In this document: in pieces, positions 18,540 through 28,498 of the stretch | How positions within the stretch are numbered: position 1 is the first letter of the stretch | Layout of the letters: each line of letters begins with the position of its first letter | DNA from: Dickeya dadantii NCPPB 898 | GTDB lineage: Bacteria; Pseudomonadota; Gammaproteobacteria; Enterobacterales; Enterobacteriaceae | DNA length: 32,000 bases | Direction of reading: 5' to 3' | Assembly (NCBI RefSeq): GCF_000406145.1 | Contig: NZ_CM001976.1 | Location: 1,297,263-1,329,262, forward strand | Made by a program: the position numbers and the translations under genes | The notes under the pieces: model-generated | What the model was told of the DNA's origin: nothing | What the model saw: only the letters and a program-made list of their open reading frames with translations | Database searches by the model: none

Positions 18540-21122
18540 TTAACCCACAACCAGGTTAAGCAGTTTGCCCGGAACGAAAATCACTTTGCGAACGGTCACG
18601 CCATCCAGATATTTGGCTACCAGCGGCTCCTGTGCCGCACGATCGCGAACTTGTTGCTCGGTGGCATCGGCCGCCACGGTGATCTTGCCGCGAACTTTAC
18701 CGTTGACCTGCACCACCACCAGACGGGAGTCTTCCACCATCGCCTGTTCGTCCGCTACCGGCCACGGCGCCAGATCGATGTCGCCTTCGCCTTGCAGCTC
18801 GCGCCACAGCACGAAACAGGCATGCGGGGTGAACGGGTAGAGCATCCGCACCACTGCCAGCAGCGTTTCCTGTGTCAGCGCGCGATCCTGTTCCGACTCC
18901 TGCGACGCTTTGGCCAGCTTGTTCATCAGCTCCATGATCGCCGCGATGGCGGTGTTGAAGGTCTGACGACGGCCGATATCATCCGTTACTTTGGCGATGG
19001 TTTTGTGCAGGTCGCGGCGCAGCACCTTCTGGTCTTCTGTCAATGCCGCGGTATCCAGCGGCTGGGCAGCGCCTTTTCCGGTGTGGTCGTAAACCTGTTT
19101 CCACACGCGTTTCAGGAAACGGTTCGCCCCTTCCACGCCGGATTCCTGCCATTCCAGCGTCATTTCCGCCGGGGATGCGAACATCATAAACAGACGTACG
19201 GTGTCGGCACCGTAGCGTTCAACCATGACCTGCGGGTCGATACCGTTGTTTTTCGATTTCGACATTTTGCTCATGCCGGCGTAAACCAGCTCGCGACCGT
19301 CTTTATCGAACGCCTTGGTGATGCGGCCTTTGTCGTCGCGTTCCAGCGTCACGTCGCTCGGCGATACCCAGATTCGCTCGCCGTTGTTGCCGGCATGGTA
19401 GAAGGCGTCGGCCAGCACCATCCCCTGACACAGCAGACGTTTGGCCGGCTCGTTAGAGTTCACCAAACCGGCGTCGCGCATCAGTTTGTGGAAAAAGCGG
19501 AAGTACATCAGGTGCAGGATGGCATGTTCGATGCCGCCGACATACTGGTCTACCGGCAGCCAGTAGTTGGCGGCGGCGGGATCCAGCATACCCTGATCGT
19601 ACTGTGGGCAGGTATAACGCGCGTAGTACCAGGACGACTCCATGAAGGTATCGAAGGTGTCGGTTTCACGCAGCGCCGGCTGGCCGTTGAACGTGGTTTT
19701 GGCCCACTCGGGATCGGCTTTGATCGGGCTGGTAATGCCGTCCATCACCACGTCTTCCGGCAGAATTACCGGCAGTTGGTCTTCCGGGATGGGGACTACG
19801 GTGCCGTCTTCCAGCGTCATCATCGGAATCGGCGCGCCCCAGTAACGCTGGCGGGATACGCCCCAGTCGCGCAGGCGGTAATTGACCTTACGCTGACCGA
19901 CGCCCTGCGATACCAGTTTATCGGCAATGGCATTGAACGCGGCGTCGAAATCCAGCCCATTGAACTCGCCGGAGTTGAACAGACGGCCTTTTTCCGTCTG
20001 CGCCTGCGCGGACAGATCCGGCTCGCTGCCGTCAGCCATCAGAATAACCGGTTTCACCGGCAGGTTGTATTTGTGGGCGAATTCCCAGTCGCGCTGGTCA
20101 TGGCCCGGTACCGCCATCACAGCGCCGGTGCCGTATTCCATCAGCACGAAGTTGGCGGCCCACACCGGCACATTTTCGCCAGTCAGCGGGTGAATGGCGA
20201 ACAAACCGGTGGCGATGCCTTTTTTCTCCATGGTCGCCATGTCGGCTTCCGCCATTTTAGTGTTGCCACATTCGGCGATAAAGTCCTGCAGCGCCGGATT
20301 ATTTTCCGCCGCTTTCTGCGCCAGCGGGTGACCGGCCGCCACGGCGACGTAGGTCACGCCCATGAAGGTGTCCGGGCGGGTGGTATAAACACTCAGCTTC
20401 TCTTCACTGTCTGCCACGTCAAAGGTGATTTCCACCCCTTCGGAACGGCCGATCCAGTTGCGCTGCATGGTTTTGACCTGCTCAGGCCAGCTTTCCAGCG
20501 TATCCAGATCGTTGAGCAGTTCGTCGGCGTAAGCGGTGATTTTGATGAACCACTGTGGGATTTCTTTGCGTTCCACCTTGGTATCGCAACGCCAGCAGCA
20601 CCCGTCGATCACCTGCTCGTTGGCCAGTACGGTCTGGTCGTTCGGGCACCAGTTCACCGCTGAGGTTTTTTTATAAACCAGGCCTTTCTCGTACAGTTTG
20701 GTGAAGAACCACTGTTCCCAGCGGTAGTAATCCGGCTTGCAGGTCGCCACTTCGCGATCCCAGTCGTAGCCGAAACCCAGCAGTTTCAGCTGGTTTTTCA
20801 TGTATTCAATATTGGCGTAGGTCCAGGGGGCCGGCGCGGTATTGTTTTTTACCGCCGCACCTTCCGCCGGCAGGCCAAAGGCGTCCCAGCCGATCGGCTG
20901 CAGCACGTTCTTGCCCAACATGCGCTGATAGCGGGAGATCACGTCGCCGATGGTGTAGTTGCGGACATGACCCATGTGTAGACGGCCAGAAGGATAAGGC
21001 AGCATGGAAAGGCAATAGTATTTTTCCTTGCCGGGTTCTTCGGTCACTTTGAAAGTTTGTTTCTCTTGCCAGTGAAGCTGGACGTGCGCTTCGATCTCTT
21101 CTGGGCGGTATTGCTCTTGCAT
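18540..21122 (-). CDS. leuS: leucyl-tRNA synthetase LeuS
   Basis: 860 aa with the class I HIGH variant HMGH and the KMSKS motif. It is collinear with E. coli LeuS. Confidence 0.98.
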   Translation of the reverse strand: MQEQYRPEEIEAHVQLHWQEKQTFKVTEEPGKEKYYCLSMLPYPSGRLHMGHVRNYTIGDVISRYQRMLGKNVLQPIGWDAFGLPAEGAAVKNNTAPAPWTYANIEYMKNQLKLLGFGYDWDREVATCKPDYYRWEQWFFTKLYEKGLVYKKTSAVNWCPNDQTVLANEQVIDGCCWRCDTKVERKEIPQWFIKITAYADELLNDLDTLESWPEQVKTMQRNWIGRSEGVEITFDVADSEEKLSVYTTRPDTFMGVTYVAVAAGHPLAQKAAENNPALQDFIAECGNTKMAEADMATMEKKGIATGLFAIHPLTGENVPVWAANFVLMEYGTGAVMAVPGHDQRDWEFAHKYNLPVKPVILMADGSEPDLSAQAQTEKGRLFNSGEFNGLDFDAAFNAIADKLVSQGVGQRKVNYRLRDWGVSRQRYWGAPIPMMTLEDGTVVPIPEDQLPVILPEDVVMDGITSPIKADPEWAKTTFNGQPALRETDTFDTFMESSWYYARYTCPQYDQGMLDPAAANYWLPVDQYVGGIEHAILHLMYFRFFHKLMRDAGLVNSNEPAKRLLCQGMVLADAFYHAGNNGERIWVSPSDVTLERDDKGRITKAFDKDGRELVYAGMSKMSKSKNNGIDPQVMVERYGADTVRLFMMFASPAEMTLEWQESGVEGANRFLKRVWKQVYDHTGKGAAQPLDTAALTEDQKVLRRDLHKTIAKVTDDIGRRQTFNTAIAAIMELMNKLAKASQESEQDRALTQETLLAVVRMLYPFTPHACFVLWRELQGEGDIDLAPWPVADEQAMVEDSRLVVVQVNGKVRGKITVAADATEQQVRDRAAQEPLVAKYLDGVTVRKVIFVPGKLLNLVVG

Positions 21123-21380
21123 GGCTGCCAGTGGTCCTTAGTGAAAATCGCTACCTCGGTAGCATGTTCTGTTTCATTTCAAAAGATCCGCATAGCATAG
21201 CTGATAAGCGACTGGCTCAACAACCGCTTGAGGCGGTCCGGGGCTGATTTATGCGGTGCTGGTAGCGAAGACGAAGGTTAAACCCGCGGATTGGGAAGCG
21301 GCTCCCGGTTGTGTCGGAAAAATCATCTACACTAGGCTGTGTAGGCCCGTCGATAAGCGGTTTCACGCTAAGGAGTCACG

Positions 21381-21863
21381 ATGAGCAAAGTCGTTCAGTA
21401 TTACCGGGAACTGATGTCCGCCGTTACCGAGTGGCTAAGCCGCGGCGAGCGGGACATGGATAAGCTGATGTCGGATGCCCGGCGCCAGTTGCAGGAAACC
21501 AATGAACTGACGCAAAAGGAGATTGAACAGGTAATACTGGCGCTCCAGCGTGATCTGGAAGCCTTCTCCCTCAGCTATGAGGAGAGCCAGAATGCCTTTG
21601 CCGACAGCGTGTTCGTCCGCGTGATCCGCGAAAGTCTATGGCAAAACCTGGCTGACATCACCGATAAGACGCAACTGGAATGGCGCGAAGTGTTTAAGGA
21701 TGTCAGCCATCACGGCGTGTATCACAGCGGCGAGGTGGTGGGGCTAGGCAATCTGGTGTGTGAACAGTGCCATCATCACATTGCGTTTTATACCCCGGAA
21801 GTCTTGCCGCTGTGCCCGAAATGCGGCCACGACCAGTTTCATCGCCAGCCGTTTTCGCCCTGA
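21381..21863 (+). CDS. ybeL: DUF1451 zinc-ribbon protein YbeL
   Basis: 160 aa. QYYRELM...ITDKTQLEWREVF..HHGVYHSGEVVGLGNLVCEQCHHH...CPKCGHDQF matches recalled E. coli YbeL. An AAGGAG SD lies upstream. Confidence 0.85.
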   Translation: MSKVVQYYRELMSAVTEWLSRGERDMDKLMSDARRQLQETNELTQKEIEQVILALQRDLEAFSLSYEESQNAFADSVFVRVIRESLWQNLADITDKTQLEWREVFKDVSHHGVYHSGEVVGLGNLVCEQCHHHIAFYTPEVLPLCPKCGHDQFHRQPFSP

Positions 21864-21877
21864 CCTGAAGCGTGCGG

Positions 21878-21906
21878 AAAAAAACAAGGGTGCCGAAGCA
21901 CCCTTG
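21878..21906 (-). terminator. rho-independent terminator of the gltIJKL operon (hairpin shared with convergent ybeL)
   Basis: The minus strand reads CAAGGGTGC-TTCG-GCACCCTTG followed by TTTTTTT. Confidence 0.75.
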
Positions 21907-21928
21907 CGATAGGACGGTACGCCGCGGA

Positions 21929-22654
21929 TTAATGCAGGATTTTCGCCAGAAAGTCTTTAGCGCGGTCGGATTGCGGATTGCTGAAGAAGTCCTCTTTGCG
22001 AGTGTCTTCAATGATCTTGCCTTCATCCATGAAGATAACGCGGTGCGCCACCTTGCGGGCGAATCCCATCTCGTGGGTTACCACCATCATGGTCATGCCT
22101 TCTTGCGCCAGCTCCACCATCACGTCCAGCACTTCATTGATCATTTCCGGGTCGAGCGCCGAAGTCGGTTCGTCAAACAGCATCGCCACCGGATCCATAC
22201 ACAGGGCGCGGGCGATGGCCACACGCTGTTGCTGGCCGCCGGACAGCTGGCCGGGGAACTTGTTGGCATGGGCCGACAGACCGACGCGCGCCAGCAGCTT
22301 CAGCCCTTTTTCGCGGGCGGTTTCTTTATCGCGTTTGAGTACTTTGACCTGCGCCAGCGTCAGGTTGTCGACGATGGACAAGTGAGGAAACAGCTCAAAG
22401 TGCTGGAACACCATCCCGACTTTGGCGCGTAATTGCGCCAGATTGGTGCGTTTGTCACTGACAGTGATGCCGTTAACATCGATCTGACCTTGCTGGATCG
22501 GCTCCAGGCCGTTAACGGTTTTGATTAGGGTCGATTTCCCGGAGCCGGAAGGTCCGCAAACCACCACCACTTCACCTTTTTTCACTTCGGTGGAGCAGTC
22601 GGTCAGCACCTGAAATTGACCATACCATTTAGAAACATTTTTCAGGAAAATCAT
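21929..22654 (-). CDS. gltL: glutamate/aspartate ABC transporter ATP-binding protein GltL
   Basis: The ATG at 22654 gives 241 aa. It has Walker [10 protein letters not shown], the LSGGQQQR signature and Walker [12 protein letters not shown]. It is nearly collinear with E. coli GltL. Confidence 0.95.
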   Translation of the reverse strand: MIFLKNVSKWYGQFQVLTDCSTEVKKGEVVVVCGPSGSGKSTLIKTVNGLEPIQQGQIDVNGITVSDKRTNLAQLRAKVGMVFQHFELFPHLSIVDNLTLAQVKVLKRDKETAREKGLKLLARVGLSAHANKFPGQLSGGQQQRVAIARALCMDPVAMLFDEPTSALDPEMINEVLDVMVELAQEGMTMMVVTHEMGFARKVAHRVIFMDEGKIIEDTRKEDFFSNPQSDRAKDFLAKILH

Positions 22655-23328
22655 CAAACCGTCCTTCTCTTCAAATAATTGACCAGCATCGACGCCGAGA
22701 GGCTGATAACAAAATACACAAACCCGGCGAACAGGATCATTTCCACCTGGGTGCCGTCACGTTCGCCGATGGTGGATGCGGTACGGAAGAAGTCCGCCAG
22801 ACTGAGCACATACACCAGCGAGGTATCCTGAAACAGCACGATACCCTGAGTCAGCAGTAGGGGAATCATGGCCCGGAACGCCTGAGGCAGAATCACCAGC
22901 CGCATGGATTGCCAGTGGGTCATCCCCAGCGCCAGCGCGGCGGAGGCCTGCCCGCGGGAAATACTTTGGATACCGGCGCGAATAATCTCGGAATAATAGG
23001 CCGCCTCAAACAGCGAAAAGGCTACCATAGCTGATACCAGCCGAATATCGGTTTTCGGAGAAAGGCCAAGCACATTTTGTAATAAGCTCGGCACGATCAG
23101 ATAGAACCACAGCAGCACCATCACCAGCGGCACCGAGCGGAACAGGTTGACGTACAGCTTCGCAAACCAACTGATGGGTTTGATGGGCGACAAGCGCATC
23201 ACCGCCAGCACGGTACCCCAGACAATTCCCACCACCACCGCGGTCAGGGTGATTTCCAGCGTGACGCCCATCCCCTTGATGAGATAAGGCAGGCTGGGTG
23301 GAATGGAACTCCAGTCAAAGTTGTACAT
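22654..23328 (-). CDS. gltK: glutamate/aspartate ABC transporter permease GltK
   Basis: 224 aa polar-amino-acid permease. Its position and length match E. coli GltK. Its stop overlaps the gltL start by 1 nt (TGATG). Confidence 0.92.
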   Translation of the reverse strand: MYNFDWSSIPPSLPYLIKGMGVTLEITLTAVVVGIVWGTVLAVMRLSPIKPISWFAKLYVNLFRSVPLVMVLLWFYLIVPSLLQNVLGLSPKTDIRLVSAMVAFSLFEAAYYSEIIRAGIQSISRGQASAALALGMTHWQSMRLVILPQAFRAMIPLLLTQGIVLFQDTSLVYVLSLADFFRTASTIGERDGTQVEMILFAGFVYFVISLSASMLVNYLKRRTV

Positions 23329-24069
23329 TTATTTGCTCCCCAGATTGCCCGGCAGACGGGTCTTATGCTCCACAATCTGCATGATCAGCATGATGATGGC
23401 GTTGATGCCGATATAAGCCAGCGTGATCGCGCTGAAAGATTCATAGGCGTGAGCAGAATAATCCAACAGCTTGCCGGCCTGCGCCGCCATATCCACCAGA
23501 CCGATAGTGGAAGCGATGGCGGAGTTTTTCACCAGATTGAGCATTTCCGAGGTCAGCGGCGGCACCACCACCCGGTAGGCGTTGGGCAGCAATACATAGC
23601 GGTAGGTCTGGGGAAGAGTCAGGCCGATGGCCAGACCGGCGGCCTTCTGTCCACGCGGCAGCGACTGAATGCCCGCCCGCACCTGTTCGCATACGCGCGC
23701 GGCGGTGAACATCCCCAGACAAAACATGGAAGATAAGAAGAACTGGATATTGGGGTCCAGCTCGGCTTTAAACCACATGCCGATTTTAGTTGGCAGTAAC
23801 TCTGGCACCACCAGATACCAACTGAAGAACTGAACAATCAGCGGCACGTTGCGAAACAGTTCCACATAGCAGGTGCCGATACCGGCTAACAGGCGGTTAG
23901 GGACGGTACGCAGAATACCCAGCAGTGAGCCCAGCAGGAAGGCGATGACCCAGGCGCACAAGGAAAGTGTTACGGTGACCTGCAGGCCGGAAATAATCCA
24001 CCCTAAATAGGTCGTATTTCCGAACGGAGCGGATTGCAGGAAAATGCCCCAGTTCCAATCTATTGACAT
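23329..24069 (-). CDS. gltJ: glutamate/aspartate ABC transporter permease GltJ
   Basis: 246 aa permease directly abutting gltK. A GGAG SD lies upstream. Confidence 0.92.
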   Translation of the reverse strand: MSIDWNWGIFLQSAPFGNTTYLGWIISGLQVTVTLSLCAWVIAFLLGSLLGILRTVPNRLLAGIGTCYVELFRNVPLIVQFFSWYLVVPELLPTKIGMWFKAELDPNIQFFLSSMFCLGMFTAARVCEQVRAGIQSLPRGQKAAGLAIGLTLPQTYRYVLLPNAYRVVVPPLTSEMLNLVKNSAIASTIGLVDMAAQAGKLLDYSAHAYESFSAITLAYIGINAIIMLIMQIVEHKTRLPGNLGSK

Positions 24070-24082
24070 AACGAACTCCGGT

Positions 24083-24108
24083 AAAAAAGGGGTAGCGTTC
24101 GCTACCCC
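24083..24108 (-). terminator. strong intra-operon rho-independent terminator between gltI and gltJ
   Basis: The minus strand reads GGGGTAGC-GAAC-GCTACCCC followed by TTTTTT. It ends 14 nt before the gltJ ATG. Confidence 0.8.
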
Positions 24109-24232
24109 GAAGATTGATGAGTGGCTTGTGGATTCGCAGGATGGGGAACGACCGCCCTGCGCCTGTCTGTCTTGCCACGAATCAGCAATCGGAAGGCAGA
24201 ATTACTGCCCTTTATTGTCATTATTAATTCGG
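24083..24232 (-). ncRNA. sroC: SroC-like sRNA derived from the gltI 3'UTR / gltI-gltJ spacer (5' end undetermined, may start inside gltI)
   Basis: The call is positional. In E. coli and Salmonella, SroC is processed from exactly this spacer and ends at the terminator before gltJ. The spacer here is about 160 nt, contains a C/A-rich stretch (AAUCCACAAGCCACUCAUCAAUC) and ends in the terminator. I cannot verify sequence homology from memory. Confidence 0.45.
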
Positions 24233-25156
24233 TTACAGCGCCTTATCATTCGGTGCCTTGAACAGTGCCTTCATGTCGTCGGACAGGACATAGTTCAGGT
24301 TAAGATCTTTGGGCGGGATTGGTTGGGTAAACCAGCGCTCGTACCATTTGACGGCTTCGCCGGAGGTTTGTACCTGAGCGATGGTGTCGTCCACCAGTTT
24401 CTTGAATTCAGGGTCGTTCTTACGCAGCATACAGCCGTAGGCTTCGTGAGATTGCGGCGTACCGACGATAACCCACTCATCCGGATTTTTGGCTTTGGCG
24501 CGTTCGCCCGCCAGCAGGGCATCGTCCATCATGAAGGCTACCGCGCGGCCGCTCTCCAGAGTACGGAAGGAGTCGCCGTGATCCTTGGCGCTGATGATGC
24601 GCAGGTTCATTTTCTTCTCTTCATTCATCTTATTCAGCAACACTTCGGACGTGGTGCCGGAGGTAACGACCACCGCTTTGCCGTTCAGATCGGTGAAGTC
24701 CTTGATACCGGAATCTTTTTTGGTCAGCAGACGCGTGCCGATCACAAAGATGGTATTGGAGAAAGCCGCCTGCTGCTGGCGTTCCAGGTTGTTGGTGGTG
24801 GAGCCGCACTCCAGGTCGAACGTACCGTTTTGCAGTAGCGGGATACGGTTCTGAGAGGTGATCGGGAGCAATTTCACCTGCAGATTGGGCGCGCCGACCG
24901 CTTTTTTGACGGCCTCAACAATCTTGTCGGAGTAAGCCTGTGAATAGCCTACGACTTTTTGCTGATTGTCGTAGTAGGAAAACGGCACGGAAGATTCGCG
25001 ATGGCCAATGACGATAACCCCACTGTCTTTGACTTTTTTCAGCGTGGGGACCGATTTGTCTTCTTTTGGGGCCGAGGCTGCCTGTTCTTCTGCATAAGCC
25101 ATAGTGGCTGTTGTGCTGATCAGCATTACTGACAGTGCCAGTTTACGCAATTGCAT
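24233..25156 (-). CDS. gltI: glutamate/aspartate ABC transporter periplasmic binding protein GltI
   Basis: 307 aa with a signal peptide ending MAYA-EE. It has a type-3 solute-binding fold and is the first gene of gltIJKL. A GGAG SD lies upstream. Confidence 0.92.
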   Translation of the reverse strand: MQLRKLALSVMLISTTATMAYAEEQAASAPKEDKSVPTLKKVKDSGVIVIGHRESSVPFSYYDNQQKVVGYSQAYSDKIVEAVKKAVGAPNLQVKLLPITSQNRIPLLQNGTFDLECGSTTNNLERQQQAAFSNTIFVIGTRLLTKKDSGIKDFTDLNGKAVVVTSGTTSEVLLNKMNEEKKMNLRIISAKDHGDSFRTLESGRAVAFMMDDALLAGERAKAKNPDEWVIVGTPQSHEAYGCMLRKNDPEFKKLVDDTIAQVQTSGEAVKWYERWFTQPIPPKDLNLNYVLSDDMKALFKAPNDKAL

Positions 25157-25167
25157 GCTCTAACTCC

Positions 25168-25200
25168 TTTGCTGTTGTGGTGGTGCAAATTCTGTTGGGT
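25168..25200 (-). promoter_or_regulatory. C/A-rich element in the gltI 5' leader (candidate GcvB sRNA target / translational enhancer)
   Basis: The minus strand reads ACCCAACAGAAUUUGCACCACCACAACAGCAAA immediately 5' of the GGAG SD. C/A-rich gltI leaders are the known GcvB target type. Confidence 0.4.
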
Positions 25201-25314
25201 ATATGCCGGCCACATGTTGTGCACCGCTAAAGAGCGAATAAAACGCTGTCATGTTTAAAAATAGCGGATTGTAAACATATTGAAACGAGAATGTTTGTTT
25301 TTTGCGAGGCGCTA

Positions 25315-25360
25315 CGCACCAAACTGCTGCAATAAAAACTTATGGCACTAATTTGGTGCA
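25315..25360. promoter_or_regulatory. two NtrC-box-like dyads upstream of gltI
   Basis: cGCACCAaacTGcTGCA (25315-25331) and gGCACtAattTGGTGCA (25344-25360) each match TGCACCA-N3-TGGTGCA at 12 of 14 positions. Their centres are 29 bp apart, about 167 and 196 bp upstream of the gltI ATG. Confidence 0.35.
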
Positions 25361-25451
25361 GTTGATGCCCTGATATTGTGCTATCGCAGGGCGAGGATGG
25401 CCGCAAACGTGCAACGCATGACGTTTCATATCAATGAGTAGCAAGTAATGT

Positions 25452-25490
25452 GCCAAAAATGAAACAAGACATGTCCGGACATGTCTTGTT
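25452..25490 (-). terminator. rho-independent terminator downstream of lnt
   Basis: The minus strand reads AACAAGACATGT-CCGG-ACATGTCTTGTT followed by TCATTTTTGG. Confidence 0.7.
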
Positions 25491-25507
25491 ATGCGGGGAA
25501 GGCGAAA

Positions 25508-27037
25508 TTAACGCGAACGGAAGCGATAAGCCAGTGCGGCGAGGCCCAGTAACGCTTCCAGCAGCCACAGCGGCCAGGAACCAAAACGGGCGTAAGGCGT
25601 CAGGCCGGTTGCTGGTGTTACACGCGTTTCCAGCACGTTGCGGGTGAATTGCGGGAGGCTGGCGCTGATGCTGCCGTCAGGCGCGATAACGGCCGTTACG
25701 CCATTGTTGGTAGAGCGCAACAGCGGGCGGCCCAGCTCCAGCGCCCGCATCCGCGCCATCTGGAAATGCTGCCAGGGACCGATGGAGTTGCCGAACCAGG
25801 CATCGTTGGAAATGGTCAGCAGCATGTCGGTGTCGGCACGGAAATTATCGCGTACCTGTTGCCCCAGAATGACCTCATAACAGATGGTGGCGGTGAGGCG
25901 GTAACCGTTGACGATCAGTTGCGGCTGGCGATAGTCGCCGCGGCTAAACGCGGACATCGGCAGATCGAAGAACGGCGCCAGCGGGCGCAGCAGCGTCTCC
26001 AGTGGTACAAATTCGCCAAACGGCACCAGATGATGCTTGCTGTAGCGGTTGGCGGTAGGGTAGCGATACGGTTGCTGATCGCCCAGAACGATGATGCTGT
26101 TATAGAAATCGGTGCGGTTGTTTTCCCGGCGCGCGTCGACGATGCCGGTGATCAGGCTACTGTGGTGCTCACGCAGGATGGCGTCCAGTTGCGTCAGGTA
26201 ATCCTGCTGACGGGTTTCGACATCCGGAATGGCGGATTCCGGCCAAATTACCAGCGGCGCTTTGTCCATCACGGGCAAGGTGTTGTCGAAATAGACCTTC
26301 AGCGTGTTGAGCAATTCGTTCGGGTCCCACTTCAACGCCTGCGGAATGTTGCCTTGTACTATCGCCACGTTGACCGCGCGCTCCGGCTGCAATTTGTACC
26401 AGTCGAGCGAGCGCAGCGGCCACGGCAATACCAATAGCGCAGCGGCGATCAGCACGGGCTGCCAGCGTCGCCGCGTCAGCCCCAGCATCAGCAGCCCGCT
26501 GATAATCATCAACAGGAAGGTGAGGGTGTCGACCCCCGCGATCGGCGCAATGCCTTTCAACGGGCCATCAAGCTGGCTGTAGCCGAACTGCAACCAGGGA
26601 AAGCCGGTCAGCACCCAACCGCGCAGCAGCTCGGTGACTTGCCACAGCGCCGGTGCTGCCAGCGCCACGCGCCATACGGTCGTCTGCGGCCACAGGCGTG
26701 CCAGCAGCCCGGCGAACAGCATCGGATAGAGCGACAAATAAAGTGCCAGCAGCACCACCAGCCCGACATTCACCGGGCCAGGCATACCGCCGAAATCGGC
26801 GATGCTGTAGTAAACCCAGTGGATGCCGGTGCCGAACAGACCGAACCCCCAACTGAAACCGATCGCCGCCGCCTGACGAGTCCGGCGGTTCAGCGTCAGG
26901 CCTTGCAGCCCCATCAATGAGAGAATGGCGGCAGGCCAGAAATCATAAGGAGAGAACGCCAGTGTGCCGCAGGCACCGAATAAAAGCGCCAGCAGGAGGC
27001 GAACCTGCTGGCGTTGCAATAACGAAGCGACAGCCAT
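25508..27037 (-). CDS. lnt: apolipoprotein N-acyltransferase Lnt
   Basis: The start was re-picked at [32 protein letters not shown], giving 509 aa, collinear with E. coli Lnt. The C-N hydrolase catalytic Cys is in its usual context (ATICYEVI). The track start at 27163 would overlap corC. Confidence 0.93.
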   Translation of the reverse strand: MAVASLLQRQQVRLLLALLFGACGTLAFSPYDFWPAAILSLMGLQGLTLNRRTRQAAAIGFSWGFGLFGTGIHWVYYSIADFGGMPGPVNVGLVVLLALYLSLYPMLFAGLLARLWPQTTVWRVALAAPALWQVTELLRGWVLTGFPWLQFGYSQLDGPLKGIAPIAGVDTLTFLLMIISGLLMLGLTRRRWQPVLIAAALLVLPWPLRSLDWYKLQPERAVNVAIVQGNIPQALKWDPNELLNTLKVYFDNTLPVMDKAPLVIWPESAIPDVETRQQDYLTQLDAILREHHSSLITGIVDARRENNRTDFYNSIIVLGDQQPYRYPTANRYSKHHLVPFGEFVPLETLLRPLAPFFDLPMSAFSRGDYRQPQLIVNGYRLTATICYEVILGQQVRDNFRADTDMLLTISNDAWFGNSIGPWQHFQMARMRALELGRPLLRSTNNGVTAVIAPDGSISASLPQFTRNVLETRVTPATGLTPYARFGSWPLWLLEALLGLAALAYRFRSR

Positions 27038-27044
27038 GAATGAA

Positions 27045-27914
27045 TTAGTCTTCCAGTTGCGGTTGCGGAACGTCGTCAGGAATTCTGACATGGACCTGAA
27101 TAATACGGCGGCTGTCTGCCATGGCAACTTTGAACAGGTAACCGTTGATGTCGATGGTTTCACCGCGTGCCGGCAGGTGACCGAAAGATTGCATCACCAG
27201 ACCGCCGATGGTGTCCACTTCCTCGTCGCTGAATCGGGTGGAGAAGGTCTCGTTGAAGTCCTCGATAGGCGTAAGGGCGCGCACCGTATAAGTCTGGCGG
27301 TTTAGCTGGCGGATGTCGCGGTCTTCCTCGTCATCGTATTCATCTTCGATTTCGCCGACGATCAGCTCCAGAATGTCTTCAATCGTCACCAGCCCGGAGA
27401 CGCCGCCGAATTCGTCGATGACGATGGCCATGTGGTAACGCAGGGAGCGGAATTCGTTGAGCATGCGGTCCACCCGCTTGCTTTCCGGCACCACCACGGC
27501 AGGCCGCAGCACTTTATCCATGCTGAACGGTTCGGAGTTGCTGCGCATGAACGGCAGCAGATCCTTGGCCATCAGGATGCCTTCGATGTGGTCCTTGTCT
27601 TCGCTGATGACCGGGAAACGGGAATGGGCCGATTCGATGATCACGTCCAGGCACTCTTCCAGCGTCTGGTTATGCTTGAGCGTAATCATCTGCGAACGCG
27701 GGATCATGATGTCGCGCACCCGCTGTTCGGCGATATCCATCACCCCTTCCAGCATGTCGCGGATTTCCGGATCAATTTGTTCCGAATCACGGATTAATGC
27801 CAGCAGATCGTCGTGATCTTTGGATTCGCCGTGAAAAATCTGATTGAGAAAAAGAGAAAAAAATCCCTTTTTGGGACTGGGGGTATCGCTGTTGGGAGAA
27901 TGGTCGTCGCTCAT
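27045..27914 (-). CDS. corC: CBS-pair / CorC_HlyC domain protein CorC (YbeX)
   Basis: The start was re-picked at [10 protein letters not shown].. as in E. coli. [23 protein letters not shown] and [23 protein letters not shown] are collinear with E. coli CorC. Confidence 0.92.
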   Translation of the reverse strand: MSDDHSPNSDTPSPKKGFFSLFLNQIFHGESKDHDDLLALIRDSEQIDPEIRDMLEGVMDIAEQRVRDIMIPRSQMITLKHNQTLEECLDVIIESAHSRFPVISEDKDHIEGILMAKDLLPFMRSNSEPFSMDKVLRPAVVVPESKRVDRMLNEFRSLRYHMAIVIDEFGGVSGLVTIEDILELIVGEIEDEYDDEEDRDIRQLNRQTYTVRALTPIEDFNETFSTRFSDEEVDTIGGLVMQSFGHLPARGETIDINGYLFKVAMADSRRIIQVHVRIPDDVPQPQLED

Positions 27915-28012
27915 GGCGTCAGTTAATATCACTCTTGTTAAGAAATGATGACCAGCGGTGAATGTCGTCGGTGGCGTATCGCCGCTGGCGTCTGGTCCTT
28001 ACAATATCGAAT

Positions 28013-28498
28013 TTAAGGCTTGTCGGTAAAATCTTCTTTCTCTGCCAGATACGGGTCGGCATAACCCATACTTTGCATGATTTCCGTTTCCAGTGCTTCC
28101 ATTTCTTCGGCTTCACTGTCTTCGATATGATCATAACCTAACAGATGCAGGCTGCCATGGACAACCATGTGCGCCCAATGTTCCTCCGCGCTTTTCCCCT
28201 GTTCGACCGCTTCCTGCTCGACCACCTGCCGGCAGATGATGAGGTCACCCAGTAGCGGCAGTTCCACTTCCGGCGGCGCCTCGAACGGGAACGACAGCAC
28301 GTTGGTCGGTTTGTCTTTGCCGCGATAGGTCAGGTTCAGGTGGTGGCTTTCCTCTTCATCCACCACCCGGATGGTGACTTCCGCCACCTCCTGAAACTGC
28401 GGCAACACCGCTTCCAGCCAGCGCTGAAAGTCGGTTTCCGACGGCAGCCCGCTGTTATTTTCGCTGGCGATTTGCAAATCAAGAATAACCTGACTCAT
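28013..28498 (-). CDS. ybeY: endoribonuclease YbeY (16S rRNA 3' maturation)
   Basis: 161 aa. It starts MSQVILDLQ and has the zinc motif [11 protein letters not shown]. Its ATG overlaps the ybeZ stop as ATGA. Confidence 0.93.
   Translation of the reverse strand: MSQVILDLQIASENNSGLPSETDFQRWLEAVLPQFQEVAEVTIRVVDEEESHHLNLTYRGKDKPTNVLSFPFEAPPEVELPLLGDLIICRQVVEQEAVEQGKSAEEHWAHMVVHGSLHLLGYDHIEDSEAEEMEALETEIMQSMGYADPYLAEKEDFTDKP

Noticed and set aside
18651-20663. 670-aa ORF on the plus strand, the longest unexplained ORF in the track
   Set aside because: It lies entirely antisense to leuS, whose identity is unambiguous (HMGH, KMSKS, full collinearity). Its translation is Arg/His/Gly/Val/Gln-rich with no motif. 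It is a typical shadow ORF of a GC-rich, codon-biased gene.
25160-25310. Search for a sigma-54 promoter (TGGCAC-N5-TTGCA) downstream of the NtrC-like dyads
   Set aside because: No GG-N10-GC arrangement with acceptable flanks exists on the minus strand. TGGCCGGCATATACC and the TTTGCA at about 25185 each lack the partner element. The plus-strand TGGCACTAATTTGGTGCA has the wrong spacing and orientation.
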